Source: Macrostomum lignano (taxonomy: Eukaryota). Taken from it: 64,000 nt of DNA. Both the position numbers and the translations under genes were made by a program. The stretch is from NCBI GenBank assembly GCA_002269645.1, contig NIVC01000217.1:719793-783792 (forward strand), given 5' to 3'. The notes under the pieces are model-generated. The model made no database searches. It was given only the letters and a program-made list of their open reading frames with translations, and was not told the DNA's origin. This document shows positions 10,600-21,970 of the stretch, one piece after another (position 1 is the first letter of the stretch; each line of letters starts with the position of its first letter).

Positions 10600-11712
10600 A
10601 TGTTTGACTCTGAGGCCCAAATTGATCTGACAGTGCCTAGCATTGTAAAGGCATTACGTGAGAAACTTCAGAGCCTAGGACTCTCCGTGCAAGGCAACAA
10701 AGGCGAACTTTTACAGCGACTGCGTACGTATCTAGATGGCATTGCGTCTGACCTCGAGAATGACGATGACGAAGATGTTCAACGGGTAGACTCTGATACG
10801 GCAACAACGCGAAGAAAGCCCTGCAGCGCCACTGTGGAACAGCAGCAGCAGCCGGTGGCCAGGGTCAACCTCGAGGCAACTGGGGGATCAGCGTCTGGTG
10901 CAGCTGGCGGCCTGGACGACGAGCTGGCGGAGGCGGAGAAGCAGCTACGTCTGCTGAAACTGCGCAAGGAGGCTGCCCAGTTGCAAGCGGAAGTCAACGA
11001 GCTTCAGAAGACTGAGCCCCGGAAAAAGCCCGGTGAGTTGCTGATGAATCTGTGGTCTGACGATGAGGAGGAGGGGCAACGGGAGACCGCTAGACAGGAG
11101 ACGTGCAAGGTGTTCCGGATCCCAGAGTTCATTAGCAAACGGAAACAACAGGACGCTGGTATCGCACAGTCACTGGACAGATCTGGTAAATTCGTCTTCT
11201 AAGTTAAAGAAAGTGCTATCGACTCGCTAAAGATGGGCGACTGGATCTCTGCAAACGCACGCATTATGTTAAAACTGTTAGATGATGGCACCTTGGTTAA
11301 AAGCGGGCCAGGAGCAGTGGGTCAACCTGACGTGTCGGGCTTGCGTGACTACCTGCGCTACACTATCCGCATTGGAGAGTTGTTCGACCTCGGCTTTGAC
11401 AAGGCTCGCGTGATGAGGTTTGATGATGAATGCAGGCTGAGCCACACTGGCGGGTCGTCCTGGGAATCGCGCGGATCCAACCTAGGGCTCGTCGCGACCT
11501 ACCTGATGGCTCCGATGAAGGTAACTGGTGCGAGCACGGACAAGTCGCTGAAGCGAAGTCAGAACCCGGTATGCTTCGATCACAACAAGGAGTCTGGATG
11601 CGCGAGGCGTAACTGCCGATTTTCTCACCGGTGTCGGCGCTGTGGGCTCGGCCACTCTGAGGCGATGGCACACAAGGATGGAAGTGGTGAAGCTGGGAGA
11701 CCGCTGCACTGA
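10600..11712 (+). pseudogene. Ngaro-like ORF1 (gag-like): SAP motif + C-terminal CCCH/CCHC zinc finger; one in-frame TAA at 11200
   Basis: VKALREKLQSLGLSVQGNKGELLQRL (SAP-like); CFDHNKESGCARRNCRFSHRCRRCGLGH; ORFs 10600-11202 and 11233-11712 share a frame. Confidence 0.75.
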
Positions 11713-11757
11713 CTGGGCATTAATTCTGCTTTTAACTCCCATGTTTTATCTACTGAT

Positions 11758-13420
11758 TTGAACCTGAACGCTTGGATCGAGGAGTTGGAGTTGGTTGATT
11801 TGCCGCCTGTTAGGAAGAAGTTTATCCTGGATGGTGTTGCTGAGGGCTTTCGCATCACGAATGTGCAGCAGGAAGCCCGGAAACCAGTCGAGGTCAGCAA
11901 TTACGAGTCTTTCACTGCCCACTTCGAAGCTGTTGAAGCACAGATTTTCATCTGGAGCTTCATCTGAACCGCTACCGCCCATGCATCAACGGGTGGCGGC
12001 CGCGGACTGTCAGTGCTCTGGGAGCCTTGCCCAAGGATGACGGTCGGGTGCGTTTAATCCACGACTGCAGTCGACCGTTAACGGTCAACGTTAAAACCGT
12101 CAACGGTCTATCCGTTAATTCCCGGTGGGACTTTGGTGCAAGTGCTGAAAGCCTTGCCAGAAAACTGTGGAAGGGCTGCTGCATGACCAGAGTTGACCTG
12201 AGTGAATCATACTGCGCATGTGGCGTGCACCCGACGACTTTGTGAACACCGGCCTCAAATTCCAGTTTCACCACCAGTCTAGACCGACGTATCTGTACGA
12301 CACGCGTTTGCCGTTTGGTGCAGCAGCTTCGGTCACGTGCTTTCACCGGCTTAGTAATGCTGTTCATCTAATGATGGTACGCCGTGGCTTTATCAATACG
12401 GAGTCCTACCTGGACGACTTCGCCTTCTGCGGGACCCAGGAAAACTGCCAGCGCTTCTTTGACCAGCTGATCAACCTGCTGACGCGACTAGGCTTTACCA
12501 TCAATCAATCAAAGTGCCAGCCGCCATTGCAGCGAATGTCTTTTCTCGGCATTGAATTCGAAACGGTCGAAGGGATCAAGAAGCTGCCGGACGAGAAGGC
12601 AAAGAACCTGGTTGCGTTGATCGGTGTGGAGTCGGCCAAGGTGAGGATAAGCCAGCGGGCACTGCAACGAGTTATTGGAAAGCTAGGATGGGCAGCGCAG
12701 GTCATCAGCCGTGGAAAAACCTTTTTACGTGAGTTGATTGAGCGGTGTAACACTTTGAAGCGTGGGCAAAAGACGCTAGTCGACGCTGGACTGCGAAGTC
12801 AGTTGAACTGGAGGAAGGTTGCACTGCAGTCTTGTAATTGGATGCGGCTGTGCTATGCGGGCGCCTTCGCGATCGAGTCTGATGCGTGTGGTAGCGGTGG
12901 TGCGGCGCCGTTGCGTGGTGCAGGCGGTTGGTGGGACTGGTGTTAATTGGACTGGAAGAAGGATGCGGATGCTGTTTTCGCGGAGCTGCCAATTAATTAC
13001 AAAGAGGCAGCGGCCCCCCTGTTGGCGCTGATGCGGTGGAAGGATGAGCTAAGAGGCTGCAAGGTGAACATCTACTGCGACAACCAGGCGGCATGCTACA
13101 TCATAAACAAAGGTATTTTAAAGTGTCCGGAACTGCAGCGGCTGCTGCAGACAGTTGCGCTGATGAGTTTGCGCTTCGGCATTAGCGTTCGTGCTTTTTA
13201 TGTTCCGGGTGAATTTCAGATATTTGCAGATGCCGCCTCACACCTTCATGAGCTTAATCAGTCGAAAATTTTTTTACTCCGTTGTTTTGGGTCGATTTGC
13301 CTTTATGTACTCCAAACGCTGCATCTACACGCTTTTGGCTCGGCCACCGCCTCTTTTCTTCATTTTCAGGCCGCCAAGCTGCACCAGACTCTCTCAGCGG
13401 CCGCGCTGCACAGCTGCTGA
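11758..13420 (+). pseudogene. Ngaro-like RT-RNase H (frameshifted, internal stop)
   Basis: ORF pieces 11758, 12027, 12218 and 12947 carry successive RT and RNase H motifs. Confidence 0.85.
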
Positions 13421-14147
13421 ACGCCGCCTATGCGCCGAGGTCACGACAAGCAGTCAACAGGCACGTGCGCGAGTGGCGGGAGTTCTGCCGTCAATCTGGC
13501 TGGGACCCGCTGTGCTGCAACATCTCTAGTCTGCTCAACTTTATTTCCAGCCTTGTCGGCACGCGCCTGCATGCCTACAGCAGCATCTCAGCGGTCGCCA
13601 GTTCTCGGTCTGGTTCCGATTAAACTCCGCACCAGACCTGACCAAGCATGCCGCCACTGTTCACTTATTGCGTGGTGCCAAGCGGGTCCTCGGACTGCGT
13701 GCTTGTCGGAAAAGGCCGGTGTCGCCCACGATGCTGATGCGGATGCGAAGGCTGGTGGACGATTCTGATGGATGGCAGCTGGCCTGCTGGGCTGTGACCA
13801 TCTGGGAAATGCTGCAAAAGTCCAGCCTACTCCCCTGAACTGGAAAGGGCCCGGCACTGAGGCGGCGCGCTGATCTGTTCAAGCATCCGAAAGGTCTGGT
13901 TCTTCGCTGCGAGTTCGGCAAGACGATCCAGTTCAAGGAGCGCAGTCACCGAGTGCTCCTGCCGAGGCTGTCACATCGGCCCGCTCTGTGCCCGGTGAGA
14001 GCTGTCGAGCTGCACGTTCGTGCCAGCGGAGCGCGCACCGCTGATTCGCCGCTTTGGTCGTACCGCGACGGCAGGAGCGGCCAGCGCCTGCTAACCTGGA
14101 CCGCTTCCTCCGCGAGAAATTTTCTGCGGCTGGCTTCAGAAAGGGTT
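13400..14147 (+). pseudogene. Tyrosine recombinase, truncated before the HxxR and Tyr catalytic motifs
   Basis: RQAVNRHVREWREFC, KRPVSPTMLM-like, KTIQFKERSHRVLLPRL, ALCPVRAVELH, LLTW...FLRLASERV, then homology stops. Confidence 0.75.
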
Positions 14148-14342
14148 CAGTGTTTTCGCTGCTATAATTTTTTTTCTTACGCATGAACATTTAATTTTAA
14201 ACTCCAATACTTGTCTTTTTTTATAACAATATACGCTCGTATAGTTAGTCGGAGGCCGCTTCGCTTTGTGCGCTCCGCTTTGCTTTCGCTCTCGCTTGGC
14301 CAAATTGCCGTCTTCTGCTTTCGTGGGGGCTGGTCACTAAAG

Positions 14343-14715
14343 TAAAAGAAGCGTCATGTAAACAATCGTATAAGTGTCATGAAAAAATCATGTAAGCGTC
14401 TTGTAAAAAGTAAAAGAAGCGTCATGTAAAAATGATAGAAGCGTTATGTAAAAAATGATAGAAGCGTCATGTAAAAAGTAATAAAATCGTCATGTAAAAA
14501 ATCGTAGAAGCGTCATTGAAAAATAGACGAAACGTCGCATAAAACTGTGCTGTGACTGTTAGGGAGAATTCATGAGATGTCAAGGCTCACGGAGAATAAC
14601 TGTTGGCAAAAGCCAGAAGCTACATGTAGTTTACTCAAATGTTTTATTACATTCTTGTTGGCTCGCCACGGGGAGGGGCGCTGATAGAAGAAGCGTCATG
14701 AAAAAAGAAAAGAAG
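14343..14715. repeat. Degenerate GAAGCGTCATGT minisatellite plus spacer (same family as 9661-10408)
   Basis: Units visible; spacer GAGATGTCAAGGCTCAC...CTACATGTAGTTTA recurs at ~21265 and ~21810. Confidence 0.8.
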
Positions 14716-17700
14716 TGTATTGGATTTGGAGTGCCTGCGTACCGACCCTCTGCTATGTGTAGCGTCGCCAGTGTACACTTGGCGGTCCCCGTCTCAGAGT
14801 GTGTTGGGGTGGGGTTGATGTGCGTGAGGCGTTGTTGAGTCAGAGAGTTGGAGAGAGAGAACATCGATTTAATTTAATATATAAGCAATAATTTAGCCAC
14901 AGGGCTCATTTACCTGTTTTTTTGTTAAAGTCTAACCCTCAGATTTATTAGACTTAATTATTTCTTTAACATGGCGCCCGAACCAAAATCACAGTAAAAT
15001 CAAGCAGTGAGCGCAAGAGTGCTACAGTGACTCAGCGATTTTTCAACAACAGCATGGACTCCAGGAAGAGAGGCGTGTTACGAGCGACGGTCACCAGACT
15101 GGCACAGAAAGCCGAAGACCTGCTCAAAACAGATGCTGCTGAAGATGAAATCGACAGCGTTCTAGAGGCTCTACGGTTCAAGAAGCAGCAGCTCCAAGCA
15201 GCAGATGAAGAGCTCGCCGCGGAGGTTGACGAGAAGGACGTGCAGGCTGAAGCAGAGACGACAATGGAGTACGACCTGCTGGCTGGCAAATTGATCTCGA
15301 ACCTCACCAGACGGCTCCAGGAGCTTCAGACCGCGCGGACCGGCACGCCGCAGGCAACAAATCTGCTGCAGAATACAGCCATACAGACGACGACTTCGTC
15401 CAAGTCTTCGGAAGAGAATTCTTCAACGACAAGGACTCAGACTGCCATCAGGTTGCCAAAACTGCCGCCACCGTCATTCAGTGGCGATCGGACCCAATGG
15501 ACGGAATTCTGGGACCGCTTCAACTCCAGTATCCATGACAACCCGAGCCTGAGTGTCGTCGACAAATTCAGCTACCTGCAGTCGTGTCTGTCTGGGGAAG
15601 CCCGAAACTCGATCGCTGGTCTCAACATCACGAAGGACAACTACCATATCGCCATCGACAACCTGCAACGACGATTTGGATCCCGCAACGGAGCCGTGCG
15701 CGAGCACCTGGCAAAGTTCTCGGTGCTGACCTGCTCCAGTTCGTCGGCACAGCACCTGAGGAATTTCTACGACCAAGTCAATGGAAATGTCCGCAGTCTG
15801 ACGAATCTCGGGGTGAGTGTCGAATCTTACGAGTCCATGTTGCTGCCCAACTTGCTGGCGAAGCTGCCGGAAGTCGTTCGTCTCGGGATGCTGAGAACTG
15901 CTCGGATTGCTTCCGTCGGTTATTCCTTTGGTAGCAGCTTGTCGCAGATGAGGGATGGCAATGGCTTAGATTCTGTGACGGAGTTTCTTCAGGTCTTGGA
16001 AATGGAGATTTTAGTCCGGGAGGAGGCGGCCGTTGGAGCTGCAGGGCAGACGTCCGGTTCCAATGGAGCGTCCAAGACTGCTGGTGAGAAACAGACAAGG
16101 GATGGCGGCACAGTGGCTGCGCTTCACACGAAGGTCAAAAAGGTCAGCACGGCTTGTCCCTTCTGCGAAACTGAACATGCTCCAGAGAAGTGCACTCGCC
16201 TGGTAGACGTTGCGGCACGACTCCAGTTTTTGAAGGAGCAGAGGCGTTGCTTCAGCTGTCTCTGCAAGGGACACAGCGTCAAGACCTGCTACCACAAGAA
16301 GCAATGTGAATTCTGCCAGATGAAGCATCACCCAAGTCTCTGTAGCGCACGCATGGAGAAGCTGCAGGGTAAGGATGGACCGAAGGCACCCGGCTCCACA
16401 CTTGGAAAGGTGGGAGAAGACCGGAAGAAGTCCGAGCAGGCTGCTGCACAGAATGTGAAGAGTCAAGAAGTGAAGACCATGGCTATGGTGACAAAAGCTC
16501 AAACAGTGATCCTTCCAACAGCGGGAGCTGTACTGATTTCGACTGTTAACAATCAGGAGACTCCGGTGCGAATTCTCTTTGACTCTGCAAGCAACCGTTC
16601 GTTCATCTTGACCAGCTTGGCTGAGAAGATGGGGCTCCAGGTCATGGGCAGAGAGACGATGGAGGTGACAACATTCGGTGGCACAGAGGCCAAGGTGCTG
16701 CAGACTGCGATGGTCGAGTTCAAGCTTCGGAAATCTGACAGCACCGCCCAGTTCACAGTGCGCGCCAACACAGTGCCTTACATCTGCTCTCATCAGCCAG
16801 TTGTCAGCAGCTTGTGCATGAAGCACTTTCAACACCTCGACATGGCAGACTGGGACATCGGTGGTGAACAGAATCCCGAGATCAGTATCCTCATCGGAGC
16901 TGACCAATTCTACGACCTCGTCACAGGTCAAGTGATTCGCTCAGAGGTCGGCTCCGGTCCAGTTGCCGTATCCAGTCAGCTCGGTTGGCTGCTGTGCGGG
17001 TCACTGTCATATGGGATCGCCGCAAGTGAGCTAGAGACCAGGTCAGAGCAGGTTCTTCTCTGCTGTGCTCAAGGAGCGGAGAAAGGTCTGGACAGCAGCA
17101 CCATCGAGGCGTTCTGGACTTTAGAAGGTCTCGGCATCAGAAGTGCAGCCGAGCCTGATCAGCGTCCACTGACTCTGAATGCCCAGTTCCAAGAGGGTCG
17201 CTACTCAGTTCAGCTGCCGTGGAAGATTCCCAAAAAGGAATTAAGATTGCCCGACAACTTCGAGGTAGCGTTCAAGAGACTAAAGACCAATCTGACGAGG
17301 CTGCGTCGTGAGCCTGCGCTACTTCAGGAGTACCACCGCATTCTGACCAGTCAGAAGGAAGCTGGCGTAGTCGAAGAAGCTCCAGATGGGACCAGCGATC
17401 TCATCCACTACCTACCCCACCGAGCCGTAATCCGTCCTGAAGCTGAATCGACCAAAGTTCGAGTGGTTTTCGACGCGAGTGCCAAGCGAGATCAGTGCAG
17501 TCCATCGCTGAATGACTGTCTGGAAACAGGAACCTGTTCGTTGGCCGAGATTCCGCGACTGCTTCAGGCATTTCGACTTCATCCGATCGCCTTGACTGCC
17601 GATATTGAGAAGGCTTTTTTGCAGATCCGAATTGCAGAAGACGACCGCGATGCTCTACGATTCCTCTGGCCACGGGATCCCAGTCAAGCTGATTCACCTC

Positions 17701-20700
17701 TCGTTGTTCTGCGCTACGCTGCTCTGGTGTTCGGACTCACCTGCTCACCTGCCGTCCTGGAGACTGTCATTCAACACCACTTGGCATCTCACCGAGGCCA
17801 GCATGCAGAGTTCGTGGATAAGGTGTCCAAAGAAATCTATGTGGACAACCTGATCTCTGGGTGCGTGGATGAACAGCAGGCCCTGGATCTCATCCAAAAA
17901 TCACGGCACATATTCCAACAGGCCGGAATGAATCTGCGACACTGGCAGTCCAACAGCAAGAATGTATTGAAAGCGGTTCGCGCCAGCACACTAGACAGTG
18001 ATGTTCTTGCTCCGGCGTTGTCGGCGGTGACAAAGGACATCACGGAGGACCCCTCCAGCTATTCAGCCGCCTCCTTGGGCGAAGATGGCGTATCGTCAAA
18101 AGTCCTCGGGCTGCGATGGGAGACAGGATCGGACGTGTTCGTGCTGCAGTTTTCTCCGCCAGAAGATTTGCTCAAGGCGTCGCCCTCCAAGCGTGTCGTG
18201 CTACAGCTGCTGGCCCGTGTCTACGATCCTCTGGGCTTCCTGGTTCCGCTGCTTACGTTGCCGAAATCGATGTTCCAGAAGCTGTGCGTTGAAAAGATCG
18301 CTTGGGACTGCCCGCTAAAGGAGCCGATTAAGCAGCAGTGGCTGAAGTGGTTGCAGGAGATGCTGGCAGGTCGATTTCAAGTTCCAAGGTTGGTGCTTTC
18401 GGCGACGAAGGAGGTCGAGGAGATACAGCTGCATGGGTTCTGTGATGCGTCAATCAAATGCTATGCGGCGTGTCTTTACCTGCGAGTGCAGTACACCGAT
18501 GGTTCCGTCAGCTGCAACCTGGTGGCCGCCAAGGCGAGAGTGGCTCCACTGTCGGTTCTTTCAATTCCTCGGCTCGAACTCCTGGGTGCCTTGATACTCG
18601 CCAGACTGTTGACATCATCCATGAGTCAGTATCCTCAGGTTCGCCAGGTGTTTTGCTGGACAGACAGTGCCGACACGCTCTACTGGATCCGGCAGCACAG
18701 ACCCTGGAAGCTCTTTGTTCATAATCGGGTGACGGAGATCCGCCGCCTGGTGCCAGAGGATGCCTGGAGACATGTCCCAGGCGAGGAGAATCCGGCGGAC
18801 GTTGCATCTCGAGGAACATCAGCGAGCAAGTTGAAGGCGGACGACAGCTGGTGGCACGGTCCAGACTGGCTGGCACGACCTCCTGACGATTGGCCCGACC
18901 AATCCTTTCTCAGCTTACCGACAGCGGCAGTTGCCGAGGAGCAGAAGACACAAGCGAACCGTCCAGTTGTTCTGCTAACTGAAGCCGGTCCTGACATCAG
19001 TCTACAGGAAGTTCTCAATGACACGAACTTCTCATCCTGGATCAAGCTGATTCGGGTGACAGCCTATGTCCTACGCTTCGTCAGAAACCTGCAAGCTAGA
19101 ACTTCTGCAGCGGGGGAGGAGCGAGTGGGACCACTGGCTGCAGCAGAAGTCCTTGAAGTTGAAGAGCGCTGGCTGCGAGAAGTGCAGAGACGGAGTTTTC
19201 AAGCCGAAATTGCTCACATTCAGGAGTCAGCGGCCAGTACAGATCTCAGCAGGCAGTTGAATCTTTTTCTCGACAACAAGAGTATTCTCCGAAGCCAAGG
19301 TCGATTGAAGGAGTCCAACGCCTCTGCCGAGGTTGACTGTCCGATTCTGATCCCGAGCAAGTCACACCTGGAGCTTCTTCTCATCTGGGACGCTCACGCC
19401 AAGGTTCTGCACGGGGGAGTGCCCAGCACTCTTTGTAAGCTGCGAGAGAGATTCTGGCTAATCAGAGGAAGACAGCGAGTCAAGTCGATCCTGAGAAGTT
19501 GCTTTGTCTGCAGACGTCTTCAAGGACTACCATATGCAGTGAAGCAAATCCCAGCCTTACCTGAAGCACGCGTGAAGTCTGGGAGAGCCTTTGAGTGGTG
19601 CGGACTCGACTACTGCGGACCTGTCAAACTGATGGAGGACACAGAGATCGAGAAAGGCTATATCCTGGTTTTCACCTGTGCGGCCACGCGAGCCCTTCAC
19701 CTGGAACTGGTGAGCGACTTGACGACCGAGACCTTCCTGCGAGCCCTCCGACGGTTCTGTGCTCGGAGAGGAATTCCCAATCTCATCAGTGACAACGCCA
19801 AGACATTCACCAAGGCTGCCAAAATACTTCAGGCGTCGGAGAGTCGACAAGTTCAAGACTTCTGCGCCACCAGGAAAATCACCTGGCAATTCATCGTCGA
19901 ACGCGCACCGTGGCAAGGAGGCTTCTGGGAGCGACTGATGAGGGACATCAAGCTGGCTTTGCGCAAGACCATCCTCAACGCAACCCTGACGCTGGACGAA
20001 CTGCGGACAGTGCTAATGGAGGTGGAAGCGGTGCTCAACAGTCGGCCTCTACTCTACGTGGATGCCGAAACCAACGGAGAAGTCCTGACGCCGGCGCACT
20101 TTCTGGTCCTGCAACGGCTGACGGCGGAGCCAACTTCTAGCGGTACGCCCGAGCTCCTGCTGCCGTTGCCAACACTGCTGAGGCGAATGCGCGCCAGACT
20201 GCAAGCCTTCTGGGACTGCTGGGAGCGACAGTATCTGACCAGCCTGCGAGAACATAATCTAAGTCCCAAGCATGGCGTAACTCGAGAAGCTACGGCCGGC
20301 GACATCGTCCTGGTGAAAGGTGAGGCCGGGCAGCCGAGGCTTACCTGGTGTACCGGTGTCATCGAGTCGGTGCATCCTGGCCGAGACGGGGCGGTGAGAT
20401 CTGCAACGGTTCGAGTCGCGCCCAGACCTGGCCGCGGTCCCAGGAGATGCTTGATTCGCCGACCGGTGAAGAACCTGATTTTGCTGGAAGCTGTGACTGA
20501 ATGAACTTAAGTAACTGACTTTCAATGACTGTTCTAATCGTTGTTTCGAGTTTCTGTTTAGTTTTAGTTCGCAGTAATTTTCACTCCCTCCGAGAGCCCT
20601 CCGAGCCCTCCGGAGCCCTCCGACTTCACGCGTTTTTTTTGAGTTTCGTTTTCCCTTTGTTCCTACTTTTTCGTTAACTCAGTACTCTGGTGATGGTGTG

Positions 20701-21118
20701 TCACATTTTTAGTCATCAAGTCTGTTGTAATGTTGGAGCGTTTTTTGTTGTTCGTTTGTTTTTTGCTATTCGTTTCGTTTAATTTCATTTAAGTTAATAG
20801 CGAGTTTCTTTTTTCGAATATCAATGTTAAGTACTGTAATGATGAAGCATCATTAGGGGGAGTGTATTGGATTTGGAGTGCCTGCGTACCGACCCTCTGC
20901 TATGTGTAGCGTCGCCAGTGTACACTTGGCGGTCCCCGTCTCAGAGTGTGTTGGGGTGGGGTTGATGTGCGTGAGGCGTTGTTGAGTCAGAGAGTTGGAG
21001 AGAGAGAACATCGATTTAATTTAATATATAAGCAATAATTTAGCCACAGGGCTCATTTACCTGTTTTTTTGTTAAAGTCTAACCCTCAGATTTATTAGAC
21101 TTAATTATTTCTTTAACA
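14716..21118 (+). mobile_element. Full-length BEL/Pao LTR retrotransposon
   Basis: 256-bp LTRs at 14716-14971 and 20863-21118 that appear identical (TG...CA); 5-bp TSD AGAAG; PBS TGGCGCCCGAAC (tRNA-Lys-like) at 14972; PPT AGGGGGAG at 20855; single long ORF. Confidence 0.97.
15054..20504 (+). CDS. BEL/Pao gag-pol polyprotein (first ATG at 15054; ORF track starts at 15027)
   Basis: LPKLPPPSFSGD...W (DUF1759-like), zinc knuckles (CPFC..H, CFSCLCKGH), protease LFDSAS, RT YVDNL, RNase H LHGFCDAS, integrase H2C2 with GLDYCGP/SDNA/WERL; uninterrupted. Confidence 0.96.
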   Translation: MDSRKRGVLRATVTRLAQKAEDLLKTDAAEDEIDSVLEALRFKKQQLQAADEELAAEVDEKDVQAEAETTMEYDLLAGKLISNLTRRLQELQTARTGTPQATNLLQNTAIQTTTSSKSSEENSSTTRTQTAIRLPKLPPPSFSGDRTQWTEFWDRFNSSIHDNPSLSVVDKFSYLQSCLSGEARNSIAGLNITKDNYHIAIDNLQRRFGSRNGAVREHLAKFSVLTCSSSSAQHLRNFYDQVNGNVRSLTNLGVSVESYESMLLPNLLAKLPEVVRLGMLRTARIASVGYSFGSSLSQMRDGNGLDSVTEFLQVLEMEILVREEAAVGAAGQTSGSNGASKTAGEKQTRDGGTVAALHTKVKKVSTACPFCETEHAPEKCTRLVDVAARLQFLKEQRRCFSCLCKGHSVKTCYHKKQCEFCQMKHHPSLCSARMEKLQGKDGPKAPGSTLGKVGEDRKKSEQAAAQNVKSQEVKTMAMVTKAQTVILPTAGAVLISTVNNQETPVRILFDSASNRSFILTSLAEKMGLQVMGRETMEVTTFGGTEAKVLQTAMVEFKLRKSDSTAQFTVRANTVPYICSHQPVVSSLCMKHFQHLDMADWDIGGEQNPEISILIGADQFYDLVTGQVIRSEVGSGPVAVSSQLGWLLCGSLSYGIAASELETRSEQVLLCCAQGAEKGLDSSTIEAFWTLEGLGIRSAAEPDQRPLTLNAQFQEGRYSVQLPWKIPKKELRLPDNFEVAFKRLKTNLTRLRREPALLQEYHRILTSQKEAGVVEEAPDGTSDLIHYLPHRAVIRPEAESTKVRVVFDASAKRDQCSPSLNDCLETGTCSLAEIPRLLQAFRLHPIALTADIEKAFLQIRIAEDDRDALRFLWPRDPSQADSPLVVLRYAALVFGLTCSPAVLETVIQHHLASHRGQHAEFVDKVSKEIYVDNLISGCVDEQQALDLIQKSRHIFQQAGMNLRHWQSNSKNVLKAVRASTLDSDVLAPALSAVTKDITEDPSSYSAASLGEDGVSSKVLGLRWETGSDVFVLQFSPPEDLLKASPSKRVVLQLLARVYDPLGFLVPLLTLPKSMFQKLCVEKIAWDCPLKEPIKQQWLKWLQEMLAGRFQVPRLVLSATKEVEEIQLHGFCDASIKCYAACLYLRVQYTDGSVSCNLVAAKARVAPLSVLSIPRLELLGALILARLLTSSMSQYPQVRQVFCWTDSADTLYWIRQHRPWKLFVHNRVTEIRRLVPEDAWRHVPGEENPADVASRGTSASKLKADDSWWHGPDWLARPPDDWPDQSFLSLPTAAVAEEQKTQANRPVVLLTEAGPDISLQEVLNDTNFSSWIKLIRVTAYVLRFVRNLQARTSAAGEERVGPLAAAEVLEVEERWLREVQRRSFQAEIAHIQESAASTDLSRQLNLFLDNKSILRSQGRLKESNASAEVDCPILIPSKSHLELLLIWDAHAKVLHGGVPSTLCKLRERFWLIRGRQRVKSILRSCFVCRRLQGLPYAVKQIPALPEARVKSGRAFEWCGLDYCGPVKLMEDTEIEKGYILVFTCAATRALHLELVSDLTTETFLRALRRFCARRGIPNLISDNAKTFTKAAKILQASESRQVQDFCATRKITWQFIVERAPWQGGFWERLMRDIKLALRKTILNATLTLDELRTVLMEVEAVLNSRPLLYVDAETNGEVLTPAHFLVLQRLTAEPTSSGTPELLLPLPTLLRRMRARLQAFWDCWERQYLTSLREHNLSPKHGVTREATAGDIVLVKGEAGQPRLTWCTGVIESVHPGRDGAVRSATVRVAPRPGRGPRRCLIRRPVKNLILLEAVTE

Positions 21119-21970
21119 AGAAGCATTATGTAGAGATAAAAGAAGAGTCATGTCGAAGTTAAAAGATTGATGCGATGTCAAGGCTTTGAGGGAATCGCTA
21201 TTATGCTGTGATTCTTAGGGGGGGGGGTGACTAATATGCCAAGGCTTAGGGAAGAAGAATTTCTGAGATGTCAAGGCTCACAAGGGATTGCTGAGGTTAT
21301 TGCAAAGAGAAGCTGTTAGTTAAACAGGTAGTGTAAACCACGTAGTTTACTCAAAGGTAGAAAGCCTTGACAAGAAAGCATCATGTCAAACATAAAAGAA
21401 ACGTCATGTCAAACATAAAAGAAACGTAATGTCAAACATAAAGGAAACGTAATATCAAACATAAAAGAAGCGTAATGTCAAACATAAAAGAAGCGTCATG
21501 TCAAACATAAAAGAAACGTAATGTCAAACATAAAAGAAACGTAATGTCAAACATAAATGAAACGTAATGTCAAACATAAAAGAAACGTAATGTCAAACAT
21601 AAAAGAAACGTAATGTCAAACATAAAAGAAACGTAATGTTAAACATAAAAGAAACGTCATGTCAAACATAAAAGAAACCTCATGTCAAAAATAAAAGAAA
21701 CGTCATGTCAGACATAAAAAAAGCGTCATGTAAAAAGCTTCACATGAAACTGTGTGCTGTGACTCTTGGGAAGAATTACTATCATTTCGAAGCTTACGGG
21801 GGCTAGCTGAGATGTCAAGGCTCACGGGTGAATAACTGAGGTCAAGGCTAAAGTCAGGACTCAGAACCTACATGTAGTTTATTCAAAACTTTTTATTACA
21901 TTATTTGTTGGGCTCCTCACGTGGGGGGGGGTCTTCATGTAAAAAATAAAAGAAGCGTCATGTCGAAGTT
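21119..21970. repeat. Continuation of minisatellite family (AAACATAAAAGAAACGTCATGTC)n with spacers
   Basis: About 16 tandem units at 21370-21740 plus repeated spacer blocks. Confidence 0.88.

Larger units (their letters stand above)
10500..14230 (+). mobile_element. Ngaro/DIRS-group tyrosine-recombinase retrotransposon, degenerate and 3' truncated
   Basis: ORF1, then RT (PKDDGRVRLIHDCSRP, LPFG, YLDD), RNase H (ESDACGSG, INYKEAA, YCDNQAA) and YR (KTIQFKER, LCPVRAV), with stops and frameshifts. Ends approximate. Confidence 0.88.
10409..14342 (-). mobile_element. Helentron/HINE-like unit (subterminal inverted repeats + 3' hairpin) enclosing a Ngaro-like element
   Basis: Perfect 15-bp IR CTTTAGTGACCAGCC (10450-10464) / GGCTGGTCACTAAAG (14328-14342); 9-bp hairpin TGGTTTGCA/TGCAAACCA (10414-10448); T-run target on the minus strand, no TSD; host minisatellite resumes on both sides. 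Confidence 0.55.

Noticed and set aside
16011-20525. Antisense and alternate-frame ORFs over BEL (also over the LINE and Gypsy, e.g. 40429-41388)
   Set aside because: Shadow ORFs of GC-rich TE coding sequence with no independent motifs.
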